Assembly: GCA_964016885.1 (NCBI GenBank)
Contig: OZ024743.1
Coordinates: 285,138,001 to 285,202,000, forward strand
Source of the DNA: Eledone cirrhosa
Lineage: Eukaryota
Direction of reading: 5' to 3'
DNA: 64,000 nt
Of this stretch, positions 12,976 to 26,559 are shown in pieces. Positions within the stretch are counted from its first letter, which is position 1. The number at the start of each line of letters is the position of its first letter. The notes below the pieces were generated by a model. The model saw nothing but the letters and a program-made list of their open reading frames with translations. It searched no databases and was not told the origin of the DNA. Both the position numbers and the translations under genes were made by a program.

Positions 12976-13302
12976 ATATGGACATGCTTACAAAATCAGA
13001 AAACAGCACAGCTCCCATGACTTCCGGAAACATTTTTTCATGCTTAGAGTTGCTGAAGCATGGAATAAAAACTACCTGCATCAGTTGTTAAATGTCAGGA
13101 CACTGCATCCTTCAAAACTTCCATGCTTCCTGAAATTCGGCAACACTTCACCTGATATTCCCCCTCCATACATATGGACACCTGTGTCTGTGCGTATATC
13201 ATGACTCATACACTGTTCACTTTCCTGGCATGTGTACATTATTCTATGTACTATACATGCACTTTTGATGAGTTGTAGTGCACCTGAGCACTGTACACAA
13301 TA
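12976..13302 (+). mobile_element. CR1 3' end
   Basis: Matches 20690-21005. Confidence 0.88.
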
Positions 13303-13314
13303 ATATTTTTCATA

Positions 13315-13492
13315 GGGTCGGACGCCATACTTTGAAGCATAGAGTTACCTCCCTGTATGATCTGAGTTCAAATCCCGCCAAGGTTAACTTTGCCTTTCAT
13401 CCTTACGGAGTCGATAAAATAAAGTACCAGTAATGCGCTGGGTAATTGCTGGCCTTGTGCCAAAAGTAGAAACAATTATTATTATTATTATT
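13315..13492 (+). mobile_element. tRNA-derived SINE
   Basis: Same family. Confidence 0.85.
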
Positions 13493-13659
13493 GGTAAAGT
13501 ACATTACAATAGATATTTTGTCCAAAGCATGATAAGAAAACAATAACTCAATAATAAAATACCACTTACCTTTGTCTGAGATCTTCAGATACATCACCAG
13601 TTAGAGCAAAGTAACATATATATGTGTGTGTGTTTGTATGTGTGTATTTGTTTATATAT

Positions 13660-13724
<65 letters not shown>

Positions 13725-14102
13725 CAAATTTGTCTCTCTATGTGGATGACCCATTTAACCCATGCAAGCATGGAAAATGGATGTTAAACATTGACTGTCA
13801 TAAGAATGAGTGCTCAATAGCATAGTAGAAATTATTATATTATTTATAAAGGCCAAGCTTGAGTCTTGTTACAAGCTTGGCCTTAATAAATATATACAAT
13901 ATATCTTGTTAGCAGGAAGAACTGGCATTAAATGGTGATAAGGGGAAGTATGATATTGAACACTGAAAACCTCACTAACTATTACTACTTCCAAAGATTG
14001 AAGATGGAAAAGAGTTAGTAAAGTTTCCAGCTTCCAGTAAATATGACAAAACTTTACATCTTGTATTGACTTCTCTATCCTCTCTCTTTTGTTCAAACAA
14101 TT

Positions 14103-14185
<83 letters not shown>

Positions 14186-16349
14186 CTTCACCACCGTTTT
14201 ACATCCATTTTTCCATTTGTCCACGCTAGCATGGGTTAGAGGAGTTGTCCTGTTGTTGGCAGTGCTAGATCAGGTGACCATGTCTTGCTTATACAGAACT
14301 GATTTTGATATATATATATGTGTGTGTGTGTGCGCGCGTGTGTGCTCGTGTGTGTGTGAACAAAAGCGAGAGAAAAGAAAATTTAATATGAGATGTAAAG
14401 TTATATATATATATATTATGTGTGGGCATGTGTGTATGTCTATGAGTTGGTGTATGTGTGTGTAAATGAATGAAAGTATATGTGTATGTGTGTATACTAT
14501 GGTGGGGGAGTTATTAATGGTTAGTAGTGCATGTCTGGTTTGTTTAGACATGTCCCATCTAACATGGTTGAGGTTAAGTTGAGGTGGTGGTGGTGGTGGT
14601 GGTGGTAGTAGTGGTAGTAGTAGTAGTAGTAATAGTAGTAGTAGTAGTACTGGTGGTGACCATAACTAATTTATAATCTGTTTTATTATACTTGGTTGTC
14701 TCTTTCTTTGTCACCCCTTTTTTCTGTCTCTCTGTCTCCCCCTCTCCCCCCTCTCTCTCATACACACATAAACAGATGTTGTTCAAAAAATGTTATGCTT
14801 TGCTGTTTGATTTGCTATTTCTTCAATAGGAAACCTTCTTTGGGAGTTTAAAATGGAAAGAAGATATTTTTAATGGTCATCTCTTTAACACTTTATGGAA
14901 TAAATAGCTTAAGTTGGATTAGTCAAAAAAGAAAAAGGAAATGATAATTGTTTCTACTTTTGGCACAAGGCCAGCAATTACCCAGTACATTACTGGTACT
15001 TTATTTTATCGACCCTGTAAGGATGAAAGGCAAAGTTAACCTCGGCGGGATTTGAACTCAGTTCGTAAAAGGATGTAACTGTGCTGCAAAGCATGGCGTC
15101 TGACCGGATAATGGATATATTGCTTTTGAACTTTTTTATATATTTGACGTATTAAGACTTCTCTATCTATGGTTAGTACCACAGATGGCAAGAATCCACA
15201 ATATATGAAACTACAAACTAAAGAGTTAATAGTTCATATCCCATCATCATCTTCATCATCAACGTTTATCGTCCATTTTTCCTCGTTAGCATGGGTTAGA
15301 CGAGTTGTCCTGTTGTGAGCAATGTCAGATCAAGTGACCATCTCCTACCCACACAGAACTGATTTGGGCTTGGTTTCTATATACATATATATGTGTGTGT
15401 GTGTATGTGTACATGTGTATGTGTGTGTATCGTCATCTTCATCATCATCATCACCACCACTATTTAATGTCTATCGTCTATGCTGGCATGGGCTAGACAG
15501 GCTGTCATATACTGAAGCCAAAGTGGTCAGGTAGCTATGTCTTGCTTCTGTTTTTTGACCTGGTTTCTATAGCTAGATACTTTTCCTAACACTAACCACT
15601 TTATAACATGTATTGGTAGCATATTATTGAGACTTGGACTCTATCACCTTATAGGGTGGACTGGGTGGTATTTGTTGCAGCACCAGTGCTACTGCCTTAC
15701 AGTGCAGACTGGGTGCTTCTTATCATCATCATCATTTAACATCTATCTTCCACGCTATATATATATATCATTATCATTTAACCGTCTATCTTCCACGCTA
15801 GCATAAGTTAGATGAGTTTGTCCCATTTAGAGGCAAGTTGGGTTGGGTGACCGTGTCTCGCTCATATAGGACTGTTTCTGGCTGGTTTTCTATGGTTGGA
15901 TGTCCTTCCTAATGCCAACCACATTGACAGTGTGAGCTGGGTGCTTTTTGCCGTGACACCTACATGACCACTTTACAGTGTGGGCTGGATGTTTTGTGGT
16001 ACTAACATATATATATATCATCATTTCATCATTTCATTTTACGTCCGCTTTTTCCCTGCTTGCAAGGGGGGGACGGGAACTGATGCTGGCTTGATTTCTA
16101 CAGCTGGATGCCCTTCCTAACACCAACCTCATTTTACAGTGAGTGCTGGGTGCTTTTTTGCCGTGGCACCTCCACGACCACTTTGCAGTGGAATGATATG
16201 GACCCCAGTCCCTATCATCTCATTTCTACAGCTGAGTAAACTGGAGCAATGTGAAATAAAGTGTCTTGCTCAAGGAAACAACACATCACCCGGTCTGAGA
16301 ATTGAACTCACAACCTTTCGATTGCAAGGGTGAATGCTCTAACCACTAA

Positions 16350-16438
<89 letters not shown>

Positions 16439-16440
<2 letters not shown>

Positions 16441-17732
16441 CATCATCATCATCATCAACGTTTAACGTCCGTGTTCCACGCTTGCATGGGTTTGGACGGG
16501 GGTAGTCCCACTTGAGGCAAGAGTGATTGTCTTGCTCGCATAGGACTGTCTGGCAGGTTTTCTACAGTTGGATGCCCTTCCTAACACCAACCACATTTAC
16601 AGTGTGGGTCTGGGAGGTTTTTACCGTGTTGCCTACACGGCCACATTACAGCGTGGACTGTGTGTTTTTTTGTCGTGACACCTACACGATCTCATTTGTT
16701 TCGGCCTGGATGGCGCGGCACCAACATAACTTTACATAGAACGGGGTGGTGTGGATGGGGTGGGGGTGGCGGCGGGAGGGGTGTATTTTGTTAGAGATGC
16801 CTACTGGCAAGGCGGGTCTTCTCTGTTACTGAGTACCGCCAAAGGTCACGGTCCAGTGACATTGTCTTGGAAAGGTGTAAGTGTGTGAGGTCGGAGTTTA
16901 TCAGCTCATCCCATGTTTTTCTAGGTCTGCCTATTCCGTGGCTACCGTCTATCTTTATTGCCCTGCACTTTGTAATACAGCTATCGACTTTCATGCGCAT
17001 CACGTGTCCATACCAACGCAGCCTTCTCTCGAGTAAACAACATCTGATCCCTCTTATCTCTAATTTTTTCCTTAGTTCGTTTATGCTTTGCCGTTCACGT
17101 ATATTACTGTTACACATCCAGCGGAGCATGCAAGCTTCGTTCCTCTCTAGTCTGCGTATATCCTCTGCACACAATGCCCAGGTCTCACTACCATGCAACA
17201 TTGCTGTTCGTATGCAGGCATCGTACAACCTGCCTTTCATTTTTAGGGAGAACCCTTTAGCAGCTAATAGTGGTATAAGCTCTCTGAACTTTTTCCAACC
17301 AGTTCTGACTCTAGCTACAGTACTTTCAGAGCACCCTCCCCCACTGCTGATTTTATCGCCCAGGTAACGGAAGCTGTCCACTATTTCTATAGAACCCTCT
17401 GCGCAATTGAAAGAGCTAGTATTTTGTGGGCACTTGCTGCTACTTATTGCACCAGAACACCGGCCACATGTAAAGTCTATGTTCTTAGTTAGCTTACCTG
17501 TGATCCCACTACATCTTTTATGCACCCATACTTTGCATTTAGGACATAAGATGGAGTTTCTACCTACGCCTTTCCTACATACCGAGCACGACCATTTCCC
17601 AGAAGGGACCGCCGCCTTGTTTTCTTTCCTACAAACTAGAACTTTGGTCTTAGCCAGGTTAATTTTAAGTCCTTTTGACTCTAGGCCGTGCTTCCATGTT
17701 TGGAATTTCTTCTCTAGCTCGGCCATTGATTC

Positions 17733-17733
<1 letters not shown>
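16439..17733 (-). mobile_element. RTE LINE, 5'-truncated
   Basis: Near-identical to 7086-8596, with (TA)n on both sides. Confidence 0.95.
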
Positions 17734-17821
<88 letters not shown>

Positions 17822-18515
17822 TATATATATATATAAATGGAAAAGAATGATATGAAATTTCATTTCTCACACTTAGTACGGCTGACACAGAAACGATGAA
17901 CTTGTTTCAAGCTTATTAGCTATCATCAACATCGTATCCCTTCCTGTCAGATGATTGAACGTTTGAAAGTATATACTTTCCTTATGCATATTAACGGCTG
18001 AGCAGCCTAATTTGCATATCGAGTGAGTTAGTCAGCCGGGCGTACCAAAAACGATAAATGGAAAAGAATGAAATGAAATTTCATTTCTCACTCTTAGTAC
18101 AGCTGATACTTAAATATAAGTATGTATACGTACATACATATATGTATACAGACGTACAGTAGTATGTATATATATACATGCACACACACATATATATGTA
18201 CGTATGGGTTTACTGAACATTTATTATAATGTTCGATTTGTTTGTAAACAAACAGCCCAAATTAAGCCGTAAAGTGTTCGGCAACCATCGTTGCCCTTTT
18301 GTTCAACGCTGACACAGGAACGATGAACTAGTTTCAAGCTTATTAGCTATTGTCAGTATCGTATAACTTCCTGTCAGATGATTGAACGTTTGAAAGTATA
18401 TTATAATAAATGTTCAGTAAACCCATACGTACATATATGTGTGTGTGCATGTATGTATATATATATATACATACTACTGTACGTCTGTATACATATATGT
18501 ATGTACGTATACATA

Positions 18516-18581
<66 letters not shown>

Positions 18582-18949
18582 GTGAAGAATTTGTTTTGCA
18601 AGGTTTTTTATATGAAATCGTGTGTTGTAACTAATATTGTTATATTTAGGGAGGGTCATATGGTTATAATATTGCCAGAAATAATAATAAAACACACTCA
18701 CTGTTTGGTTTGGATGGGTTTTCATTTCTGTATTTTTTATGTCTCCATAGTTAATTTATCTGGCAATCAATGTTTCTCATTGATTGACCAATGGTTAAGA
18801 ATACAAATATAAATATATATATATATATTTATAGTCTATCAAAGTTCTTTCATCACACACCTATGACATCATCGGTGGTATTATTGTTATCTCTGTGACA
18901 AGAATAAATAAATGAATAAAATAGAAATTGTGTAGACTTTACAATACAA

Positions 18950-21021
18950 CGGGAGGAAATAAAGCAGACTGGAACTTTTACTGCACTGAGCTACAACATC
19001 CAAACTAGCTTGAGTTTTACGACTCTGGAAATGTCAACACCGTACTCCAGAACATCCTGAACTCAATATGGACAGCAACTGCAGCATCGGTGCCACATAA
19101 GCAGAAAAAACATCCCAAAAGTGCAATTTGGGAGATTGCAGCAGTCCGTCTTGCCAGGAAAGAACGTTGTAATGCTGAACGTGAGTACAAACTGCATAAA
19201 TCAGATAGCAATAGGAAAAAGCAAAATATATCATCCAACCATCTCAAGCAGGTGACAAAAAAGGCAGTGCTTGAATTTGAGCAGCACATAGCAACCAACC
19301 CTGATAGTAAGGTGTTCTGGAAGTATGTTCACTCAAAGCAGAGGCCTCACTCTCCAGTTGGTCCTCTTCGCAATCCCCACACAAGCCAGGTTACTGACGA
19401 CCCCAAGGAATGCGCAGAACTCATTGCTGAATGCTATGCAGGCATTCACTGTTGAAGACCAGAGTGTACAATCTCCACCACCTCTGACATCAGATTCTAT
19501 TACAACTTTGGAATTTACACCTGCAATGGTGCAACGTCACCTTAAAAATAAACGTAACCATACCTCTCCTGGTCTTGATGGTGTTACATACCTGCTTCTC
19601 AAACGTGGTGGGTACTTCCTTCTGCACCAGCTATCATGCTTCTTCCAATTCTGTCTGAACAACAGTGCTACTCCAGAACAGTGGAAAACTGCCAGTATCA
19701 TTCCTCTGTTCAAAAAGGGTGACCGCACCTTACCTTTGAACTATCGTCCAGTTAGTCTTACTAGCTGCATTGCCAAACTGATGGAATCCTGTGTCAGAGA
19801 ATCACTTTGGAACTTCTGGAACTCTCACAGTCTTATCTGGCCCTCGCAATTTGGATTTATCCCTAACTCCAGCTGCTGTGATCAACTCATCGAGTTTCTT
19901 GAAGACATCACCCGGATCACCGATGGCGGCTCATAGGTGGATGTTGTTTACCTTGACTTTGCTAAAGCTTTCAATTCTGTGCCACACAAAAGACAAAACT
20001 CTCTGCAATGGATGTGAAAGATGATCTTTTTAACTTGTTGAAATCCTTCATTCTCAGTCGAAGAGAGGTAGTCACGGTTCTAGGACAGCATTCCTCACCA
20101 TATGAGATGTCATCTGGTGTACCACAGTGATCTGTTCTGGGTCCCTTTTTGTTTGTGGCATATATTAATGACATAGATGCCAATTTAAAGAATGCCAAAG
20201 TACTGAAATATGCAGATGACATCAAGCTGTACCTTGAGATAAAAAGGACAGATCCTGAACACTATAGATCTTGCCTGCAATCTGACCTGGACACAATGCA
20301 ACAATGAATCACGTACTAGCAACTCAAGCTGGCTGTGGACAAGTGTACCACTATGCATTTTGGAAGTAAAAACCCAGCATCCACATACTCCCTCCACAAC
20401 ACTAATATCAAGAAGTCTTCTTATGAATGTGACCTGGAATTTGCATCACCAGTCTGAAACCCCTATCTTGCTCAAAACATTGACCGCCTGGAAACTGTTC
20501 AGGGACATGCAACCAAGCAAATACCCTCCATCAGGCATCTACCATACTCTGAACACCTTGCTTCCCTAGGCATGGATACATTGAAGCTTCGACGCCTGGC
20601 AACTGACTTGGTAAACACCCACAAAATTATTAACCATCTTGCAAACAACAACCCTGAGTACCTTTTTGATTTCCATGTTTCTAACACACGTGGGCATGCC
20701 CACAAAGTCAGAAAACAGCACAGCTCCCATGACTTTCGGAAACATTTTTTCACGCTCAGAGTTGCTGAAGCATGGAACAAACTACCTGCATCAGTTATTA
20801 GCTGTTGAGACACTGCATCCTTTAAAAGCTCCATGCTTCCTGAGATTCGCCAACACTACACCTAATATTCCCCCTCCATATGCACGCACACGTCTATATC
20901 ATGACTCATACAATATTCACTTCCCTGACATTTGTATATTATTCTATGTACCATACATGCACCTTTAATGAGTTGTAGTGCACCTGAGCACTGTATACAA
21001 TAATTTCATTATTATTATTAT
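18950..21021 (+). mobile_element. CR1-type LINE, 5'-truncated and decayed
   Basis: NYRPVSLTS, YLDFAKAF, YADD, C-terminal TRGH..FFTLRVAEAWNKLP, (ATT)n tail. Confidence 0.92.
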
Positions 21022-21025
21022 TTAA

Positions 21026-21069
21026 TACCACTGATGATGTCACAGGTGTGTGATGAAAGATCTTTGATA
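21026..21069 (+). ncRNA. Minimal type I hammerhead ribozyme-like motif (Penelope-type)
   Basis: tacca-CTGATGA-t-gTCACA ggtg TGTGAt-GAA-AGATCT-t-tgata, palindromic stem III. Confidence 0.6.
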
Positions 21070-21209
21070 GACTATATATATATATTTATATCTGTATTTT
21101 TAACCGTTGGTCAATCAATGAGAAACACTGATTGCCAGCTAAATTAACTATGAAGATATAAAAGATACAGAAGCGAAAATATTCTAACAATATGACCCTC
21201 CCCAAGTAT

Positions 21210-21246
<37 letters not shown>

Positions 21247-21296
21247 TCATGATAATGATTGATATATATTTGCATGTATATACATATATCATATAT

Positions 21297-21340
<44 letters not shown>

Positions 21341-22064
21341 ATTTAATTGTTTCTACTTTTTGGCACAAGGCCAGCAATTAACCAGTGCATTACTGGTACT
21401 TTATTTTATCGACCCCGTAAGGATGAAAGGTAAAATCAACCTCGGCGGGATTTAATATAATTTAATATAATATAATATATATATATATAATATAATTTTG
21501 ATATAATATATAAGTATAATTAGCTTAACCATAATCAAACACAAGAGATATTCAATGGTTTATGGTAATTGATTAGTTGCCTCAATTGACCTAATATTTG
21601 AAAACAACGGTTTTTTCTATATATCCCAACATAAATTTTATGTTCCCTCTCTTTTTGTCATTATTTCTCCTTTCTTCTCCCTCTATTCATCCATCCTTTT
21701 ATTTATTTTTATTCATTTAAATATTTACGTATGTATTTATTTATTTTTTTCTTATTTTTTCTTTTTTTTCTTTCTTTCTATCTTTTTCTTGCCTTCCTCC
21801 TCTGTACACCCTCTCTTATATCTCTAATGCGCTCCATGTCCTTTTCTTCTTTATGTTCATCATATTATTATTTGTGGTGTATAAATGTTGAGATTTGTTG
21901 AAATAAATCACTGCCAATACTGGAATTGAAATATCAAGACCGTAGAGGTATGTCATATATCAAATCATATATTTTATCTGACGAGGACGTACTGAAAAAA
22001 CACAGTACCTTCGAAATATATATAATAAAGCATATATTTGGAAAAAAGTCACCAACTGGAAAAC

Positions 22065-22534
22065 AGTATCCTCAGGATATGCCAAACCGTCATTCGCAGA
22101 ATCTGGGTTTCCAAACTTGTTCTCCTTACAGACTTCTTGGGGCTTCGCAAGAGTTTTTCACGAACTTGCTCGACCTTCTCTTCTGATGTTGATGATGGTC
22201 TTCCAGATCCTTTAGCCCTGCATAAGCAGCCTTCCTCTTTAAATTTTTGGTACCAAGTCCAAATTTGTTTGCCAGTTGGTGACTTTTTTCCAAATTTTGC
22301 ATTGAAGGCATGCTGCAGTCTTGGGTGACTGTGTTCGAGCATATTCCAAGACGCAAAATGACTTTTCTTTGGAAGTGAACGGCATTTCTCAACCTGAAAA
22401 GAGAAAAATATAAAACATTAAATATAAAATCTTGATCTGTTTCTATACATTCTGTGAAAATTTGAGGTTATTTCAACAAGAATTGCCACAATTATTGGCC
22501 TGCGAAATGATGTCAAATGTTTTGGGACACCCTG
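22065..22534 (-). mobile_element. Tc1/mariner transposon 5' remnant (HTH/DUF4817-type N-terminus)
   Basis: TA plus CAGGGTGTCCCAAAA terminus, and ..WYQKFKEEG..GSGRP..RSPKKSVRR transposase N-terminus. Confidence 0.85.
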
Positions 22535-22595
22535 TATATATATATATGTACTGCACCTGAGCACTTTACACAATAATTTCATTATTATTCATTAT

Positions 22596-22636
<41 letters not shown>

Positions 22637-23122
22637 TACATAAATTATTTTGTATATGTGTTGGTACAAAGCCTGAAAGTACTCATGGCTGTAAGGTAAA
22701 CAGGATTAAATACCAAGCTTTCATTAAAGAAATACAGATTATCTTTGCTCTATCATAGTCTAAAATATTTCACATGCATCTTATTTCATGTTCACTGATA
22801 AATATGACTGACTAACATCAACTATACAAGCTATGGAGAAATATTCTGGTTTACCAACACACAATTATTATATTAAACACTTCTAAGATATCTGTTTATT
22901 GAGTTACTATACCTGTATCTATGTTTAGTAAATGTTGTTACATCTCTATTATGGCTTCATGCTGGTGTCCAGAGATTTGGATAACAATGTTTTGAGGACT
23001 TTGGCAGTGATTGAGGAAATCTACTGAAGATTGCTAAGTACAAACACCATAACACTAATACAAAGCCATGCTACTTAAGATGTATGCAACACTACATACA
23101 CACAGACATACACACACACACA

Positions 23123-23181
<59 letters not shown>

Positions 23182-24001
23182 ACATGTACACTCACACACA
23201 CATACACACACATACATGTATTATCATCATCATCATCATTGTCATCATTTAGCATCCATTTTCCTTGCTAACAAGGCATGGACATGTCATAGACTGGTAA
23301 GTACTCAAAAGGAGTCACTGACTACTAGGTGGGCCAGGAGTCTGATATACAAGTGCCTTTTATCATGGCACCAATACTGTGTCAAGAACACAGCTGAAAA
23401 ATCCTCTCAATCCTTTGTTTAGCAAGTTTTCTATGGCTGGATGTCCTTCCTATCATCAACCACTTTACAGAATGTATTGTGTGCATTTATCATGTAAATC
23501 ACCAGCACTATGGAGATTTTCATGTCTATGGAACAGGAGAAAAGTCCTCGCAATCCTTTGTTTAGTGGATTTTCTACAGCTCAATGCTCTTCCTTTCACC
23601 AACCACTTTACAGAGTGTAGTGGACGTATTTATCATGTTGATAACCAACACTAAAGAGGTTGTCATGCCCCGACCCAATTAAAGTGTCCTTTTCACCCTT
23701 TTTAGCATGGTTTTTTACAGTGAGATGCCCTTTCTTTTGTCAACTACCTTACAAGGCATATTGGAAGCATTTTTTGTGACACCAGCATTAGAGAAGGTGT
23801 TGGTCATTGACTAAGCTGAATAGCCTTCTCTACACTATGGACATGTGTGGGGTGTATATCATGGCCATGTGGCAAGGGTGGAGGGATTTGGCAGAGTGAA
23901 AGGGTTGATTATGAGGAGAGACCTCCAGTAGCATAGGAATGCATTGTAGGAAGGTACTGTGGTAAGAATAACTACTATATATATATATATATATATATAT
24001 T

Positions 24002-26386
24002 CTAAGGCGGGTAAAATTCCCGAGATCCATGGACGAGTTCTCTCCAGCGGTCTCTGTCCCTCATTATCGCTGCCATGTCCTGCGTCTCCATCAGACCAGT
24101 GTCTGTCCTTAGGGCATCAACATACGTTAACCTTGGTCTTCCTCTTCTAGTGTGTCTATGTAGGGGCTCCCAAAGGAGCACTGAGTGCAATGTCAACTCT
24201 GGATGTCGGTGAGCATGTCCAGCTAACCTCAATCTCCTCTGTGTCACTTTTGAGCTGACTTTTGGGATGCTCCCATACAGCTCTGAGTTTTTCATCCTCA
24301 GTGTATACTGGTTAATGTTCAGAGCCATCCTCAGCATTCTCGTGTAGCACCCATCCACCATCTGAGTGAGTTTCTTGGTCAGTATCCACGTCTCAGACCC
24401 ATACAGCAGCACAGACTCCACTACAGCAATGAAGAGGCGGATTTTCAGGTCTTTACGAAGGTCTGACTTCCACACCGATCTCAAGCTGTGGCACGCCGTC
24501 CAGGTTTTGCTCTTCCTCTCAACCACATCATCTTCCGTATTCCCAATCTTTGCTCCCAAATACAGGAAGCCCTCAACCAATTCTAGTGGCTTCCTGCCTA
24601 CATTAGTGATCCCCTTTGGCTTCTCAACATTCTCTACCAGATATTTTGTTTTAGTCTCATTCATTCTCAGCCCCACACTCATCGACACAGTCTCAACCTC
24701 CCGCATCAAATCCTCTGCCTCCTTCACTGTATTTGTCACCAAAACTATGTCGTCGGCAAATTCAGCATCCGATACCTTTTTCGCCCTAACTCTCCTGCTC
24801 TGAGCCGGTGCTACAGTAAAGCCAGAGTCCTGGTGTTTCTCCAGTGCAAGGCGCATACAATAGTCCACTACGATGATAAAAACATAGGGAGCCAATGTAT
24901 CTCCCTGGAGAACTCCAGCCAGTATCTCAAAGAACTCTGTCATCCCATCAGGTGTAATGACTTGGGCTTTGGTGTTGGTGTAGAGCAGTGATATCAGGTC
25001 CACTATCCTCTTGGGGATTCCATAAGCCTGTAAGATCTTCATCAGGCAGTAATGGTCCACAGAATCAAAGGCCTTCCTAAAGTCAATGAAAACCATGACC
25101 GCAGGAAAGCACTTTGCTCTAGCTCCCTCTAATATCCTCCTCAGCATCAGGATGTGACTGGTGGTTGATCTTCCCTCTCTGAAGCCGTTCTGGTTGTCCA
25201 TGAGCTTCTTCTCCATCTCAGGCTGGATCCTGTTAAGAATCATCCTGTTGAGGGTCTTTGCCACAAGTGACGTCAGTGAGATCCCCCTGCAGTTGTTGGT
25301 GTTAGAGAGATCTCCCTTCTTTGGCACTGGGACGATGTTACTGATCCTCCACTGATTCGGGGCAACTCCTTTCTCCAGTGCCCCGTTACAGAACCCCAGG
25401 ATGATATCATCAAAATCACACCTCTTCATCACCTCTGATGCCACTCCATCTTCTCCATGAGCCTTGCCCTCCTTGATCCTCTTCTTGGCTCTCTGAAGCT
25501 CCTCTCTGGTGAAGGGCTCTGTCTCAACATCCAGTTCCTCAAACAGCCGCCTGATCTCACCAGTGCTCTGGGCTGTGGGGGGTGGCTCTCCTAGTAGGGT
25601 CCTAAAATGGTCTAGCTATTTCCTCTTCCTATCCTCGGGCCCCGTTCCCTGGATCTGACTCGAACACCTTCTCTTCCTCCCTGTGATCTCGTTGATGATC
25701 ATCCAGCTCTCCTTACATCCAGATCTGTCAACCGCTCTCTCCACACTTCTGATCTTCTCTATCAGTGCCTCCTCTCTGACCTCAGTGTAAGCGGTACAGA
25801 GTTCTTCCCTCATCACCTCCACAGTCTCCATCCTCTCCTCCGTAGGATTAGCATAGAATTGGTCCTTGGCAGCTTTCAGGTGTTCTCTGGCTGCACACAC
25901 TTTTGGGTTTGCAGAGCTGACGTGCTTCCTTTTGTTCTTTTTCCTCGGCACCAGGGTTTCACTTGCTTCCGCCACTGCATTGGTGAAGTGCCCGTACCTC
26001 CTCGTCACACTCTCCTCGGTCCATCCAATCTCTCTCTCCTCTGACTCACCACACAGAGCACTAAACCTGTTTCTCACTTCCACTGTGAACCTCTCCTGTA
26101 GCTTATCATCTTCCTTGAAAGCTCCCCAGTCATAGATTGCTCTCCGGGGCCAAGCCTTGCTCTTTCTTAAGCTCACCCGGACCTCACTCATAACAAGCCA
26201 GTGGTCACTACCCAGTGTACTGAAATAGGTGTATGGTTCTGTGTTCAGAATACTATTCCGCCACTTTTTCCTCACCAGAATGAAATCAATCTGGGACTTG
26301 GACAGGTGCATATCTGAGATGTAGGTCCACATCTTCCCCAGATTCTTCCTAAACCTTAGGTTGGTTGCTATCAAGTTCGCCTCCAT
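24002..26386 (-). mobile_element. Second RTE-group LINE (Proto2/RTEX-like), ORF2 with APE C-terminus and RT
   Basis: SQIDFILV..SDH endonuclease motifs, GVLQGDTLAP, FADD. One frame broken only by TAG at 25616-25618, both ends at (TA)n. Confidence 0.92.
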
Positions 26387-26559
26387 ATATATATATATAT
26401 ATATAAGCCAAAATCCCTATTTGGGGTGGGTATAAGTTAGACCAACTAGGGATTTTAATATGTTTAATTACGTCTCGATAATTTATTGAGATATCTTATC
26501 CTTTCATTGAGATGTTTACATGTTAGAGACAGATAACTTTATAAATTGATATATATATA

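Noticed and set aside
13841-13892. Short palindrome (21-bp arms), with similar ones at 30533-30559 and about 31063-31085
   Set aside because: Real but short. Adds nothing beyond the longer palindromes reported, and there is no evidence of function.
16791-17888. 365-aa ORF with an IYIY N-terminus, and many other YI/CV-repeat ORFs
   Set aside because: The frame is extended through (TA)n or (TG)n. Only the RTE part derives from coding sequence.
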